Part shown: positions 43,277 through 54,748 of the stretch, piece by piece
Layout: every line of letters begins with the position of its first letter
Numbering within the stretch: position 1 is the stretch's first letter
Source of the DNA: an uncultured Methanosarcinaceae archaeon
GTDB taxonomy: Archaea; Halobacteriota; Methanosarcinia; Methanosarcinales; Methanosarcinaceae
Direction: 5' to 3'
Assembly: GCA_963847185.1 (NCBI GenBank)
Contig: CAWJYV010000001.1
Span: 160,001 to 224,000 of the forward strand
DNA length: 64,000 bases
Made by a program: the position numbers and the translations under genes
The notes under the pieces: model-generated
Told to the model about the DNA's origin: nothing
The model's input: only the letters and a program-made list of their open reading frames with translations
The model's database searches: none

Positions 43277-44537
43277 TAGTGCATCGATTCCTAATTAATT
43301 CCTCTTTTTATACTATAATTTTTCCAGGCATTTCATCTCTTTCTTCCATTTTATATTTCCATGTAAAAATGACTGGCTTTTCGTTAATCTGATCTATATA
43401 TTGACTAATTCTTTCCCTTGATTCCTTTATCGATTCTACTCTTATTCCTCTCTTATTCCTCTCAGCAAGCTTCTTACCATTTTACTGAAAAAACTTTCAA
43501 TAATGTTTAACCACGAAGCATGTTTGGGTGTGAATATAAATTCAAATTTATCAGGAACAGTTTTCAGGTATTCTCAAGTTTCTATTGATGTATGTACTTT
43601 GTAATTATCCATCAGAATTTTGATTTTTTCTTTTGGATAAATTAACTCCAGTTCTTTAAGGAATTGTATGAATTCCCAGCTTTTATGTTTCTCAAATACT
43701 TTATAATGAATTTTTCCTGATATCAAATCAATTCCAGCTAATAGTGAAATAGTTCCATGTCTTTTGTATTCATAATCTCTTGCTATTGTGGAATAACGCC
43801 CTTCTACTGGCATAAGATCTGGATAAACATTGCCAATTGCTTGAATACCTGGTTTTTCATCGTAGGAATTAACCACTGTATTAATTTCTTCTTTTTCTCA
43901 TTTTTCCACTTAATTTTTTAGCCTCTCTATATGTGGCTAAGACATTGGCTGCTTTTTGATCAAACTCTGGATCAACTTTAGCAATATAAGAGCCAATTTT
44001 ATGCGGTTTTATATTACTTGCATTGAGAATCTTTGAAACTGTTCCTTGATTTATCTTCGATAAATCAGGATGCCTCTTCTTTAATACAATTTTCCCGGAT
44101 ATGTTTTACAAGAAGTCGCTGCGTCCATATTTCATGAGGATAACCAAAATCCTTTGGTTTCATACATGAAAGTGAGACTAAAAAAGCTCGTGATTCTGCA
44201 CTAATATCTTGAGGTCTTCCACTCCTGGATTTATCTACTAAGCCTTCTTTAACTCCAAGATCTAAGACTCTTTTTATCCATTTTCTCACAGTTTTGTAAT
44301 CTACTTTCAACTCTCTGGAGATTTCAGTATCGTTTTTTCCCTGATAGCTGAAAAGTACGATCTTGGATCTGTCAACAATGCTTGCAGCTTGGTTTCTAGA
44401 ACGACTTAACTTGGTTAGATAATCTAACTCTTTTTGAATGAGTAATAATTTGGGACGACGACTGATACGAGGCACAAAATAAGTTATAGATTAATTAAGA
44501 TATGTATTTATGGATTTAGATCAGAATCCAAGCACTA
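43277..44537 (-). mobile_element. IS630-family element with frameshifted transposase pseudogene
   Basis: TA-flanked ends TAGTGC..GATTC; fragments RSGRP HTH, DEKPGIQA, EYKRHGT, MDNYKVH, TPKHASWLN. Confidence 0.88.
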
Positions 44538-44901
44538 GCTAATACTGGTAAACTTAATATATTTGTTAAAATTATTTTTATTTAGCTTCTTTTATAAAAG
44601 TACAATTTGTTTCTGGAGCGAATAATTTAGCTCTCATTTTGCTCGAATCTGTCCTATGCAAAGTTCACCAGGGAATATATAAAAGAGTAAAGATTTTTAC
44701 TGAGCTACAAAAAAGAAAGAGTTTAAATTCATAAGAACTTTCAGATTTTTAACAGGTGAATCTCGAAAATTAACTTTTCTTTTTCCTATTTAGATCGAAC
44801 CAGATTCCTCAAAAAAGGAAAATAAAGCTGGTTTTTCGTAAAAGAGACAAGATCCGATTTTCACATGTTTACTACAATGTCCTTCAGGAGAGGCGTGGAA
44901 T

Positions 44902-46251
44902 ATGATGGGTAAGTCAATAATTGCAGTATCGGATGTACATCTTGGAATGATTATTGGGGATAACAAACCTGAGAGCGAAAAACAGAGAGAATCCCAATTC
45001 ATGGATTTTCTTAATACCTTAGATTTCAGTAAAATCAGTGATTTCGTTCTCCTTGGAGATATACTGGATTTTTGGAGACATGACTACTTGAACGTAATTG
45101 ACGAGGAGAGTCGTTATGTGGACAAGTTAAGGGAACTAAAGAATAAGTATACTGAGACAAATTTTCATTATATTGCCGGGAATCACGATTATCACTTAAT
45201 CTGGCTTAAAGAAAATGGGGCTGATTATCCAACTGATATAAAAAAATCAGTTGTAATAAAGAGCAAAGATAGGGAATTCTATTTCACTCATGGATATCAA
45301 CTTGAAGTTCTAAGCTGGAAATTATATAAATCGATTCCTTTGTACGAAGAATTTTGTGAAAATATGTGTCTCGTCGGCGAAGACGGTAGCCAGATTGCAG
45401 ATAATCTGTGGAAACACTTTTTTGAAAAAATGAGTAACCCAAGAGAGTTAAGCACAGATAAGATAGGAACTCGTAAAGCTGTAGAACCTGAGCGCCTCTT
45501 TGAATTTTATGAGTCTGTATCTGATGTGACACCAAAAAGAACACTAGAAGAAATAGCGTGCAAATCAGAAGAGCTTTTAGCCCAAATCGAATCTTCGCAG
45601 ATTGAATTAGGAGAAGAGGTGCAAAAGATAGGGGAAAAAAAAGAAACAACTCGAGGCGGGGTCTCACGTGGTATAACAGCCACTCTACTGGATATAAAAG
45701 AACAGGCTAAAGATCTAAATGGAAAAGCAATAGATCTTAACGAAAAAATTGAACAATTAGACCTTCAAATTAGTCCTTTTGATCCTCCTGAAAAAAGGAT
45801 GAAAGAAAGGGAGGAAAAAATGAAAGATTTAAAAAAGAGTATAGAGGAGTTATCTGAACAAAAGGAGGAAAAAGTCGAGAGCTTAAAGAGGAGTATGGAA
45901 GGGTTATCTAAACAAAGGGAAGAGACATGTCGTGATCTGAAAGAAAAATGTAACTTGAATTCTCTTTTTGGACCTCTTCGTGATCTTTATGAATTGCTTC
46001 GTGATCTAGTAATTCCAAAACATGTTGATTACTTTACTATTAAAGAAATAGCTGAATCTAATTCTCGACATAATATGTTCGGAATTAAAAAAGATCAATA
46101 TCTCATATATGGCCATACTCACAAAGCATATGTTAACGAGGATAGAAAAGTTGCAAACACTGGCTGCTGGGGTATCCAGAATTCTGAAAAAAGAAACTTG
46201 TATATAGAAATAATTGATGACAACGTTACGATAATGAACTTTAATAAGTAA
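44902..46251 (+). CDS. Calcineurin-like metallophosphoesterase (LpxH-like) with a large coiled-coil insertion
   Basis: DVHLG, GDILD, GNHD, THG, GHTH, NTGCW. Confidence 0.82.
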   Translation: MMGKSIIAVSDVHLGMIIGDNKPESEKQRESQFMDFLNTLDFSKISDFVLLGDILDFWRHDYLNVIDEESRYVDKLRELKNKYTETNFHYIAGNHDYHLIWLKENGADYPTDIKKSVVIKSKDREFYFTHGYQLEVLSWKLYKSIPLYEEFCENMCLVGEDGSQIADNLWKHFFEKMSNPRELSTDKIGTRKAVEPERLFEFYESVSDVTPKRTLEEIACKSEELLAQIESSQIELGEEVQKIGEKKETTRGGVSRGITATLLDIKEQAKDLNGKAIDLNEKIEQLDLQISPFDPPEKRMKEREEKMKDLKKSIEELSEQKEEKVESLKRSMEGLSKQREETCRDLKEKCNLNSLFGPLRDLYELLRDLVIPKHVDYFTIKEIAESNSRHNMFGIKKDQYLIYGHTHKAYVNEDRKVANTGCWGIQNSEKRNLYIEIIDDNVTIMNFNK

Positions 46252-46508
46252 GGCTCAGAAGAGTAGAAGTCTTAAAGTTCATAAGTTCGTTAGTTTAACT
46301 TAATTACAGCTCCGAATCTCATATATCCATCTATTTTTTTGAGTGATTCGTAATGTCCCGGTTTAACAGTTTCAGCTTCAATAGGCTCTCCTTTTTTAGA
46401 TTAAAAAGTTAGACCTAACGATTTCACATAGTTATCATTTTTGGCTATGATACAAAAAAGAGACACAGCAATAATTTAATAGATCAGCATGAATATATTA
46501 TAGAGAAA

Positions 46509-47654
46509 ATGCAACATTTCAAAAGTCTTGACTATCTTAAAAACTCGTATAATACTCGGATTTGCCAGCTCGTAGATGAAAGAAAAGCTGGAAAGAAATT
46601 AGTCGGCACTTTTTGTCTTTTTGTGCCTGACGAGATTATTTTTGCGGCTGACGCTGACCGTATAATACTTTGCGGGGGCAAAAATGACACTATATCCATA
46701 GCTGAGCAATATTTACCCAGGAATATCTGCCCCCTTGTCAAATCTTCCTTTGGTTCAATTGTCAATAACGGTTGCTCGGGAATAAAATCCTGCTCTCACT
46801 TTGGCATGGTAGATCTGATAGTTGCCGAGAATACCTGTGATAGTAAAAAGAAGATGTATGAATTATTGGGAGATTATATCCCAACCTATGTGATCGACCT
46901 TCCACAGAGACCGGACAGCCCTGAAGCTCTAAACTATTTTTTAGGAGAACTTAATAAATTTAAAGGTACTATAGAAGAGCTGACAGGCAATGAAATCACC
47001 TCTGAACGGTTAAAGAAGGAGATAAAGTCCTCGAACGAGACGAGACAGCTGCTTCACAGGCTCTTCGAGCTTCGAAAAATGGATCTGCCTCCCATCAGCG
47101 GCGTTGATATACTGAAAGTCATGCAAAAGCAGTATTTCCTGTCAGTGGAAGAGTTTAAAAAATTCCTTCGCATGCTGATTAACGAAGTAGAGAGGGTTAA
47201 GGTTGACTGGACACGCAAACCCAGAATAATGATCTCTGGTTGTCCTATGTCGAGCGGCAACACCAAGGTACCTGAGATAATAGAGAACAGAGGCGGCGTT
47301 ATTGTCGCTGAGGAAAGCTGCACTGGTACGAGGTCTTTCTGGGATCCAGTTGATGAGAGCAAAGACCCGATGCTTGCGCTGGCTGAACGTTATATTAAAA
47401 TACCCTGCTCCTGTATGAGTCCGAACGACAGACGTATAGACAATATTTTAGAACTTGTTAGAGAATTTAAAGTCGACGGGGTCGTATACTATACTCTGCA
47501 GTTCTGCCACGGATACAATATCGAGAAATATAAGGTACAGCAGGCTTTGAAGAAAGCCGGGATACCTATGCTTTTTATTGAGACGGATTACAGTAGTTCG
47601 GATATCGAGCAGATAGAGCTCAGAGTTGATGCATTTATGGAGATGCTTTCATGA
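46509..47654 (+). CDS. 2-hydroxyacyl-CoA dehydratase family, double-cubane cluster protein (DCCP)-like reductase
   Basis: GTFC, LPRNICPLVKS, NTCDSKKK, EESCTG, PCSC, QFCH, RVDAFMEML. Confidence 0.85.
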   Translation: MQHFKSLDYLKNSYNTRICQLVDERKAGKKLVGTFCLFVPDEIIFAADADRIILCGGKNDTISIAEQYLPRNICPLVKSSFGSIVNNGCSGIKSCSHFGMVDLIVAENTCDSKKKMYELLGDYIPTYVIDLPQRPDSPEALNYFLGELNKFKGTIEELTGNEITSERLKKEIKSSNETRQLLHRLFELRKMDLPPISGVDILKVMQKQYFLSVEEFKKFLRMLINEVERVKVDWTRKPRIMISGCPMSSGNTKVPEIIENRGGVIVAEESCTGTRSFWDPVDESKDPMLALAERYIKIPCSCMSPNDRRIDNILELVREFKVDGVVYYTLQFCHGYNIEKYKVQQALKKAGIPMLFIETDYSSSDIEQIELRVDAFMEMLS

Positions 47655-48412
47655 TCTCAGTTGGAATAGATGCGGGTTCGGCCACGACAAAGGCAGTCCT
47701 TGTCAACGGCGGCAAGAGAGTTATCCACTCAATATTGCCTACGGCATTCGATTTTATCTCAGCGGCAGAAAAGGCATATAAGGACGTGCTTGCCCGTGCA
47801 GGAGTTGACAAAAAAAATGTTGACTATGTATATGCAACCGGATACGGCAGAAATAGTATAAAGTTTGCCGACAAAGCTATAAGTGAGATCACTGCCCATG
47901 CCATGGGTGTATATCACCTGTATCCGGATGTTAATGGGATAATCGACATAGGAGGCCAGGACAGCAAGGTTATCTCTGTAATCAACGGCAGGGTAACCGA
48001 TTTCTTAATGAATGACAAATGCGCAGCTGGCACGGGCAAATTCTTAGAGTACACGGCAAGAGCTCTTGAAGTGCCAATAGAGGAACTGGGGAGTCTGGCG
48101 CTTGCTTCAAAAACACCTGCAGGTATAACAAGTATGTGTACTGTTTTTGCAGAATCCGAGGTTATATCTCTCCGTGCGAGAGGATTTACGAAAGAAGATA
48201 TCGCAGCTGGACTAGTTGAAAGTATTGCAAGGAGAGTTGCTGTCATGGCCCGACAATTAGGGCTAAAACGAAATGTTGCCTTTGTGGGAGGCGTGGCAAA
48301 AAATATTGGAATTAAAGCAGCGCTGGAAAAAGAGCTGGGTATATCGCTTTATGTACCTCCTGAACCTCAGATCACGGGAGCACTGGGGGCAGCACTTTAT
48401 GGCAGTAATTAA
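47651..48412 (+). CDS. ASKHA ATPase [4Fe-4S] activator (HgdC/DCCP-reductase type)
   Basis: GIDAGSATTK, TGYGR, DIGGQDSK, MNDKCAAGTG, CTVFAESE; 4-bp overlap with the upstream gene. Confidence 0.92.
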   Translation: MISVGIDAGSATTKAVLVNGGKRVIHSILPTAFDFISAAEKAYKDVLARAGVDKKNVDYVYATGYGRNSIKFADKAISEITAHAMGVYHLYPDVNGIIDIGGQDSKVISVINGRVTDFLMNDKCAAGTGKFLEYTARALEVPIEELGSLALASKTPAGITSMCTVFAESEVISLRARGFTKEDIAAGLVESIARRVAVMARQLGLKRNVAFVGGVAKNIGIKAALEKELGISLYVPPEPQITGALGAALYGSN

Positions 48413-48441
48413 AACAACACTCTAAAAGGGAGTAAATAATG

Positions 48442-48741
48442 AGCCTATCCCAAAACCCATTTTTGTTCCCATATCCAATAGGAGTTTCATAACTACTTTA
48501 TAGATCGGTAGCTCGAGTGATTATTTTGAAACCGAGATTCAAAGAAGTGGTTCTCGATTTTTGGTGTCAGCCCAATATGAAAAAAGAATCCAAGGATATT
48601 ATTGAGACAGAAAACGGTGTGGATAAAAGTATCATTAATGAGCAGTAGCCTTACTGAGAGAAAGTATTAGAAAGTACTTTAAGTTATCGCAGATATATTC
48701 TATTTTTAGAAAGTTTATTCTGAATTTCTGGTTTTCGGGAT
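48442..48741. mobile_element. Degenerate MITE
   Basis: AGCCTATCCCAAAA left end, partial TTTTCGGGAT right end, non-coding. Confidence 0.4.
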
Positions 48742-49073
48742 TAAAAACAGAGAAATTTTAAAACTTTATTTCTGCATACGTACTAAAATAATTTTCGATC
48801 ACTGATACAGTTACAGCCGCACATGGCAAGAATTAGATTGAAGTAAGTAATGAATTTAAAGGCTCGCTTCTCAAAGGCCTGTACAAACCCCCTTAATTAA
48901 ATCATAAAATCCAGTCTCTGAGGTAATGAGCTCAGGTACATATTCTGACAGTACGAAAAGAACTCTTTTGGTGGCGTAATCATATATTATTACATAGTAT
49001 ATTTTCATATATTATATATTACAAATGTATATATGATATAAATACATATACCCCGAAGTAACAGGAGAGATAC

Positions 49074-49499
49074 ATGACAGTGAAAATTGATAAGGAGTTG
49101 TACAAGTTTTACCATACTAATGGCCACAGTGTGCTTAGCATCTCCAAAATTATGGATGTAAAATATCAAACATTATGTGGTTGGGCTAGGCGAAACGGGT
49201 TTGTGTCTAATCCTGTGATGTTTGCGCGGGCCTGCTCGCGAATGTACGATAAAGGAGCAACAGACAGGGAAATCGCAGATGACACTCAGCATGACATAGT
49301 AAACGTGGTGATGTGGAGACGCAGAAGACATCTGCCGGCGAATGGGCAACTCAGGCTGCTTGATATATACTCGAAAATGCAAGAGCTATATGCTAGAGGA
49401 TATACCGATGAGCAGATCGCGAAATTTCTTGGGAAAAAGAGATATAATGTGGAGTATTGGCGGAGAAAACGTGGTCTTGAATCAAACAGAAACTGGTAA
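49074..49499 (+). CDS. Triple-HTH DNA-binding protein
   Basis: Three Y..G.TD.EIA......V..WRR..L..N units; GGAG SD. Confidence 0.75.
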   Translation: MTVKIDKELYKFYHTNGHSVLSISKIMDVKYQTLCGWARRNGFVSNPVMFARACSRMYDKGATDREIADDTQHDIVNVVMWRRRRHLPANGQLRLLDIYSKMQELYARGYTDEQIAKFLGKKRYNVEYWRRKRGLESNRNW

Positions 49500-50177
49500 A
49501 CAGGTTGTTTTTAATCAAAAGTCGAGACGGTAAACAACAAACACGATTTTTGATTTCTATACTGACCTTCTGACAGTATATATTTTAAGAGGAAAATCTT
49601 GTAAATCCCGGAATTATGGTTTATCTCATGTACGAAACTTTTGAGGTTTTGTAGTTATACATATCACTTGCTTACTATTTATGGCTTTTTTGGTTGCTTA
49701 TATTCATTAATACACAACAATGTCTATATATAACTATAGATCGATAAATGCGCACGGATTTTTGAAAATATTGACTTGTGCCCTAGCAACAATAGGTCTT
49801 GCTTGTGTTTGTAACACATATGCATACCATGCATTGTAAAGAAGGTTGCTGTTTGTGTGGCCGGAATAGAAATAAAGAAGAAGAGAAAAAAAGAACTTGT
49901 TCAAGGTATGTCTCTAATCCTGTAAATATTAATCGAATATTAAATTTGACAAATGCTCATCATGTTTCATTGGCAACGTAAAATCGACCGACACCAGTGT
50001 TTATAAAGGAAATTTGGTGAAATTATCTTCACCAATCTGATATTTTCAGTAATTCTGGATCGATACTTTTCAGAGCCTTTTCAAAAAATTCATCCATTTT
50101 TTCCATACGCTCAGCCAATCTTTCCTCGACCATCTGATCTACCACTTACTCCATATATTGACTCATTAAAATAAACT

Positions 50178-50293
50178 AGGACTTACGCGGTTGAACTGAA
50201 TAATCAACTGCGTTAAACCTTCAACTGTCCAAAATTTGGCTTTAACAGCAATGTTTAGTGCTCTTGATTTTGAACCTCAAGTGCGTAAGTCCT
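50178..50293. mobile_element. MITE, AGGACTTACGC family
   Basis: TIRs AGGACTTACGC / GCGTAAGTCCT; homologous to 21357-21471. Confidence 0.85.
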
Positions 50294-50770
50294 ATAAACT
50301 ATTTGAAGAAAAACAATTCATGTAGCTTTCAGAAGAAAGTATTAACTACTTCTCAGGCTCTCTGTTAAAAGTAAGAATTAAAGGTACTTTGTTTATTTGT
50401 GCATGTTATCAAAGAATTTCACATTCATTTTGAAACTGAGTCTATTTTTTGTGTAATTAATTTAATGTAATTACGGGAACAATGGTATTTTACAGCAGAG
50501 CATTAGATTTTGTGGACTTTGTGATATAATGAGTTTACAATTAAGAGGCTGACATTACAAATAGAATCTACGCAGTTGGACTGAATAATCAATCGTACTA
50601 AAAGCCTAACTGTATGAAACGCGAAATTGATTACAACGTCTACTATATTTATTTTGTATTTCTGATGTCTATTTTCTGTTTCATTAAATTAGGATTTCTG
50701 CAGAGCTCAGATAAGTAGCTTTTTAAGCTGCAATGTAAGAGGCTCCTAGAATCAGGAGGGGTTAAGGGGG

Positions 50771-52855
50771 ATGAAGAGGAAGGGAGTAATATCAATATTC
50801 GCTTTGGGCATCGCACTAGTTAACGCTTTAACACTTGTAACTTTTGCTTCTTCTGAAACCTCAACGGGTAACACAAGCACTTCAGGATATGAGAAAGCTT
50901 TCGATCCAGATAGCATGAACCTCTCAGTAAAACCTGGAGAGGATTTTTATGAGTATGCTGAGGGAGCCTGGATAGAGAGCCATCCTGTGCCTGCGGACAA
51001 ATCCCGATACGGAGAGTTCGCAATAGTAAAGGACAGAAACTATAACTATGTCAAAGAAATAGTAGAAAGCGCAGCTAACAATACCTTTGCTCCTGAGGGA
51101 AGCCTCGAGCAGAAGATTGGCGAATTCTACCGCGTGGGAATGGATAATATTACTCTTGAAAAGCAGCATCTGGATCCTATCAAAGATGAGCTGGCGATGA
51201 TAGACAATATCTCCAACAACTCTAATCTCCAGGCCGTATCAACGCAAATGATGGATTACGGGATGGATCCCTTTTTCTCCATATACGCTGCGCCTGACAA
51301 GAAGAACAGCAAAGTCATGATCGCTACCCTTACCCAGGGAGGTCTAGGTCTTCCAGATAGAGATTTTTATCTTAGAAAGGACGAAGAGTCTATCAAGATC
51401 AGAGAACTGTACCTAACCCACGTTGCCAGGATGTTCATCTTTCTTGGAGATAGCCCAGAGATCGCTGACAATAATGCGAGAACCGTAATGAGGCTAGAAA
51501 CCAGGCTGGCCAACGCATCTTTCACCAATGTAGATGATCGTGACGAGGTCAAAACATATAATAAGATGAGCCTCGAAGAACTCCAGGCCTTTGCGCCGGG
51601 AATGAACTGGTCCTGCCTTTTCAGCGTTCTGGGCTGCCAGGACGTAACCGAGGCCAATGTCAGAAATCCATCCTTCTTCAAAGAGCTGAGCACTGCCCTT
51701 CAGGATGAGAGCATAGCTGACTGGAAGACCTTCCTTCGCTGGAAGCTGATCTTAGCCGCGTCTCCCTATCTTAGCTCTGACATAGATGAGGAGCACTTTG
51801 ATTTTTATGAGAGGAAACTCAATGGCCAGCAGGAGATGGAGCCCCGCTGGAAAAGGGTCATCGATGCAGAAAACAGGGCTATAGGTGAGGTCATAGGCCG
51901 TGTTTATGTGGATAGATATTTTAACTCGAGCTCCAGGGCCAGAACGGAAGAGATGGTATCCAACCTGAAGAAAGCCTTCAGGGAAAGAATTCAAAACCTT
52001 GTATGGATGGAGCCTGAAACCAAGAAGAAAGCCCTCATAAAACTTGAGGCTGTGGACGTCCAGGTAGGTTATCCTGAAGAGTGGCTGAATTATTCGGAGC
52101 TCGAAGTGAAGAACGATTCATATGTCAGGAATGTCCTCAGGGCCTATAAATTCAGATTCCACTACGGCCCCTATGGTCTGGACAAAATAGGGAAGCCTGT
52201 AAATCGCAAACTCTGGGAAATGAACCCCCAGGAAACTAACGCCTATGCGGACTATAGTAAGAACATTATAGTCTTCCCGGCGGGAATTCTTCAGCCTCCC
52301 TTCTTCAACAAGGACGCCGATGACGCAGTCAACTACGGTGCAATAGGCTCCATTATAGGACACGAGATGATCCATCTCTTCGACAGCCAGGGCAGGAAAT
52401 TCGATGCAAGTGGAAATTTGACGGACTGGTGGACACCAAAAGATGCCGATAACTTCGACAAAAGTACTGGCGTTCTGGTGGAAGAGTACAATAGGTTTGA
52501 GGTTCTGCCGGGTCTGAACATCAACGGCGACCTGACCCTGCCTGAGAACGTAGCAGACTTTGGCGGATTGACCATGGCTTACCACGCCTATAAGCTCTCA
52601 TCTAAAGGAGATCCGGGGCCGATTGATGGATTCACCGGAGATCAGAGGTTCTTCTTAAGCTTCACCCAGATATGGAGGGAATCGCAAACGAGTCAATTTC
52701 TGAGGACACAAACACTAACCGATACCCATTCGCCCGCCAGGTTCAGGGTTAATGGCGCAGTCTTCAACGTGCCTGAGTTTTACGAGGTGTTCCCGAGCGT
52801 AAAAACAGAGGATAAACTCTACAGACCAGAGATCAAGAGACCGGTGATATGGTAA
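50771..52855 (+). CDS. Secreted M13 (neprilysin-like) metallopeptidase
   Basis: Signal peptide, NAY, GHEMIH, ENVADFGG, THSP.RFRVNG. Confidence 0.93.
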   Translation: MKRKGVISIFALGIALVNALTLVTFASSETSTGNTSTSGYEKAFDPDSMNLSVKPGEDFYEYAEGAWIESHPVPADKSRYGEFAIVKDRNYNYVKEIVESAANNTFAPEGSLEQKIGEFYRVGMDNITLEKQHLDPIKDELAMIDNISNNSNLQAVSTQMMDYGMDPFFSIYAAPDKKNSKVMIATLTQGGLGLPDRDFYLRKDEESIKIRELYLTHVARMFIFLGDSPEIADNNARTVMRLETRLANASFTNVDDRDEVKTYNKMSLEELQAFAPGMNWSCLFSVLGCQDVTEANVRNPSFFKELSTALQDESIADWKTFLRWKLILAASPYLSSDIDEEHFDFYERKLNGQQEMEPRWKRVIDAENRAIGEVIGRVYVDRYFNSSSRARTEEMVSNLKKAFRERIQNLVWMEPETKKKALIKLEAVDVQVGYPEEWLNYSELEVKNDSYVRNVLRAYKFRFHYGPYGLDKIGKPVNRKLWEMNPQETNAYADYSKNIIVFPAGILQPPFFNKDADDAVNYGAIGSIIGHEMIHLFDSQGRKFDASGNLTDWWTPKDADNFDKSTGVLVEEYNRFEVLPGLNINGDLTLPENVADFGGLTMAYHAYKLSSKGDPGPIDGFTGDQRFFLSFTQIWRESQTSQFLRTQTLTDTHSPARFRVNGAVFNVPEFYEVFPSVKTEDKLYRPEIKRPVIW

Positions 52856-53022
52856 GAGTGATCATCGGCACCCATTTTTGAAAATAGTGAGCACAGGACT
52901 CTCTGATATCTCATTAAATTTCACATGAATTTTAAAAATCATAGATATGTAATACCTGATGAACTTACATATCAGCATTTTTACAGTCAATAAAAAGTAT
53001 TTATGCATAAGCATTTTTGCAG

Positions 53023-53607
53023 TCAGTAATAATATTTGCCAGAATTTTTTTTAGAAAGGTCTTTGTAATAATCAAAAAGTTCTTTGCCCCACTCAATAGC
53101 ATTACTTTCGGAACTCATCAGGAGTCTATAGTCAAGTTTTCCTTTTTTATCCCTGAGCAGGAGAGCCATAAATCTCTCTGTTACCGTAAGCGAAACAATG
53201 GACGAATTTCCATTATACACATAAAAATCCAGGTTTTCTGTTAATTGGGAGCCTCTTTGCTTCTTCGAAAACAAGCTGAAGACTTTTTCGGAAATATTTT
53301 TTGCGATAACAAAAGTGACGTTCTTATTCTTCTCCAAAAGATTAGGGTGAAGTCCTGAAAAAACAGGCTGGAAAAATGAGGAAAAATGCATAATCTCTCT
53401 GGATTTTGCGAGGTTATTTATGAATTCTTCAGGAGGCTCAAAAATCCAGTTAGGTTCAGGATCAATAACCTTACAGGAAGCTAATTTCCCAAGTTTTAAG
53501 CGCAAAGAAAAGGGGATTTCGGTCCAATTTTTCTGTGCCCGGTAATCAAAGATATATCCAAACGTTTTAATGGCTTCTGTAAGGGAATTTATTATTTTCA
53601 GCACCAT
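53023..53607 (-). pseudogene. DUF1724-type (ArsR-associated) regulator lacking the N-terminal HTH
   Basis: W.EIP, SLTVTERFM, AIEWGKELFDYY; HTH absent. Confidence 0.65.
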
Positions 53608-53740
53608 TCACCCCATTATGAAAGATTTGTTTTGTATATTCATTCTTGACTGATTTATAGTCATTTTAAAACTTGCTTGTTTAAACATGTTTATTATTTA
53701 TTAGCTTTCCTATTTCTTCAAAGAAATTTTTTTGACGTAA

Positions 53741-54748
53741 TTAGAGAGAGGAAGTAGCAGTCTTCCTCTCTCCATGTGCAGGATGCCAGCGTAGAAAATG
53801 ATTCTGAACGCGTTCAAAGACAGCCATTATCCCTATAACAACCCCTGTCATCAGAATCATTCCAGCAATTACCTTGTCATAATTTGCAAATTGGTGATAA
53901 TACTGGATATACCAGCCAAGTCCTGATGTCGCAGCAATCATTTCAGCAACTGTTAAAGTGATAAATGAAAGTATCAATGCTATCATTGCACCCGAAAATA
54001 TAGAAGGCAATGCAGCAGGCAGGAGAATTTTCCTGATCATCTGGTAGTCCGAAAGACCCAGTGTGCGTGCAGAGTTGATGAGGCGGGAATCCGCTGAGAA
54101 AACCCCGTAAACCGCGCCAACAAGGATAGGCCAGAATGCTCCAATGAAAATTAAAAAAATTGAGGATGCCCTGAAAGTCGGTAGAAGAACGATAGAATAT
54201 GGTAAATACACAGTTGCCGGGATAGGAGATACCGTTTTTGCAATGGGGTATGCTACATTATACAGCCTTTTTTTCCAGCCTGCATAAAGTCCTATTGGAA
54301 TAGCAAGGGCAAGAGCAAGGAAATATCCTGTAAGAAGGATGCCAAGAGAACTGATTACCCCCTCTGTCATTTGCCCTGTGTCGGTTTGGAACACCAGGAA
54401 GACTTTTGCTGGACCTGGAAAGATGAAAGAATCGAGAAGCGCAAGTTTTCCAAGAAGCAGCTCCCAGAGAAACAATCCCAGGGATATGATTAGAAATATA
54501 TCAGTGGTTGAAACAATATTTTCATAATTTAAGTACAACTTTGCTCCGTATATGACCGTAATCAGAAGAAGAAAGGCAACAAATGCCCTATTGTCGTTTA
54601 CCGCCTGTTCGGGTGAATCCGGAAATCCAACTGTCATAATAAGAGTAGCAAATAAAATGGTAAAAACAGCGACTGACCTGAGAATATTGTTGGATATTAT
54701 GCTGCCCCTTCCGGCTACAGTGCCTAATCTAAAGCTATTTTCTGACAT
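53741..54748 (-). CDS. NitT/TauT (sulfonate/nitrate) ABC permease
   Basis: SARTLG EAA-like loop, AEMIAATSGLGW. Confidence 0.9.
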   Translation of the reverse strand: MSENSFRLGTVAGRGSIISNNILRSVAVFTILFATLIMTVGFPDSPEQAVNDNRAFVAFLLLITVIYGAKLYLNYENIVSTTDIFLIISLGLFLWELLLGKLALLDSFIFPGPAKVFLVFQTDTGQMTEGVISSLGILLTGYFLALALAIPIGLYAGWKKRLYNVAYPIAKTVSPIPATVYLPYSIVLLPTFRASSIFLIFIGAFWPILVGAVYGVFSADSRLINSARTLGLSDYQMIRKILLPAALPSIFSGAMIALILSFITLTVAEMIAATSGLGWYIQYYHQFANYDKVIAGMILMTGVVIGIMAVFERVQNHFLRWHPAHGERKTATSSL

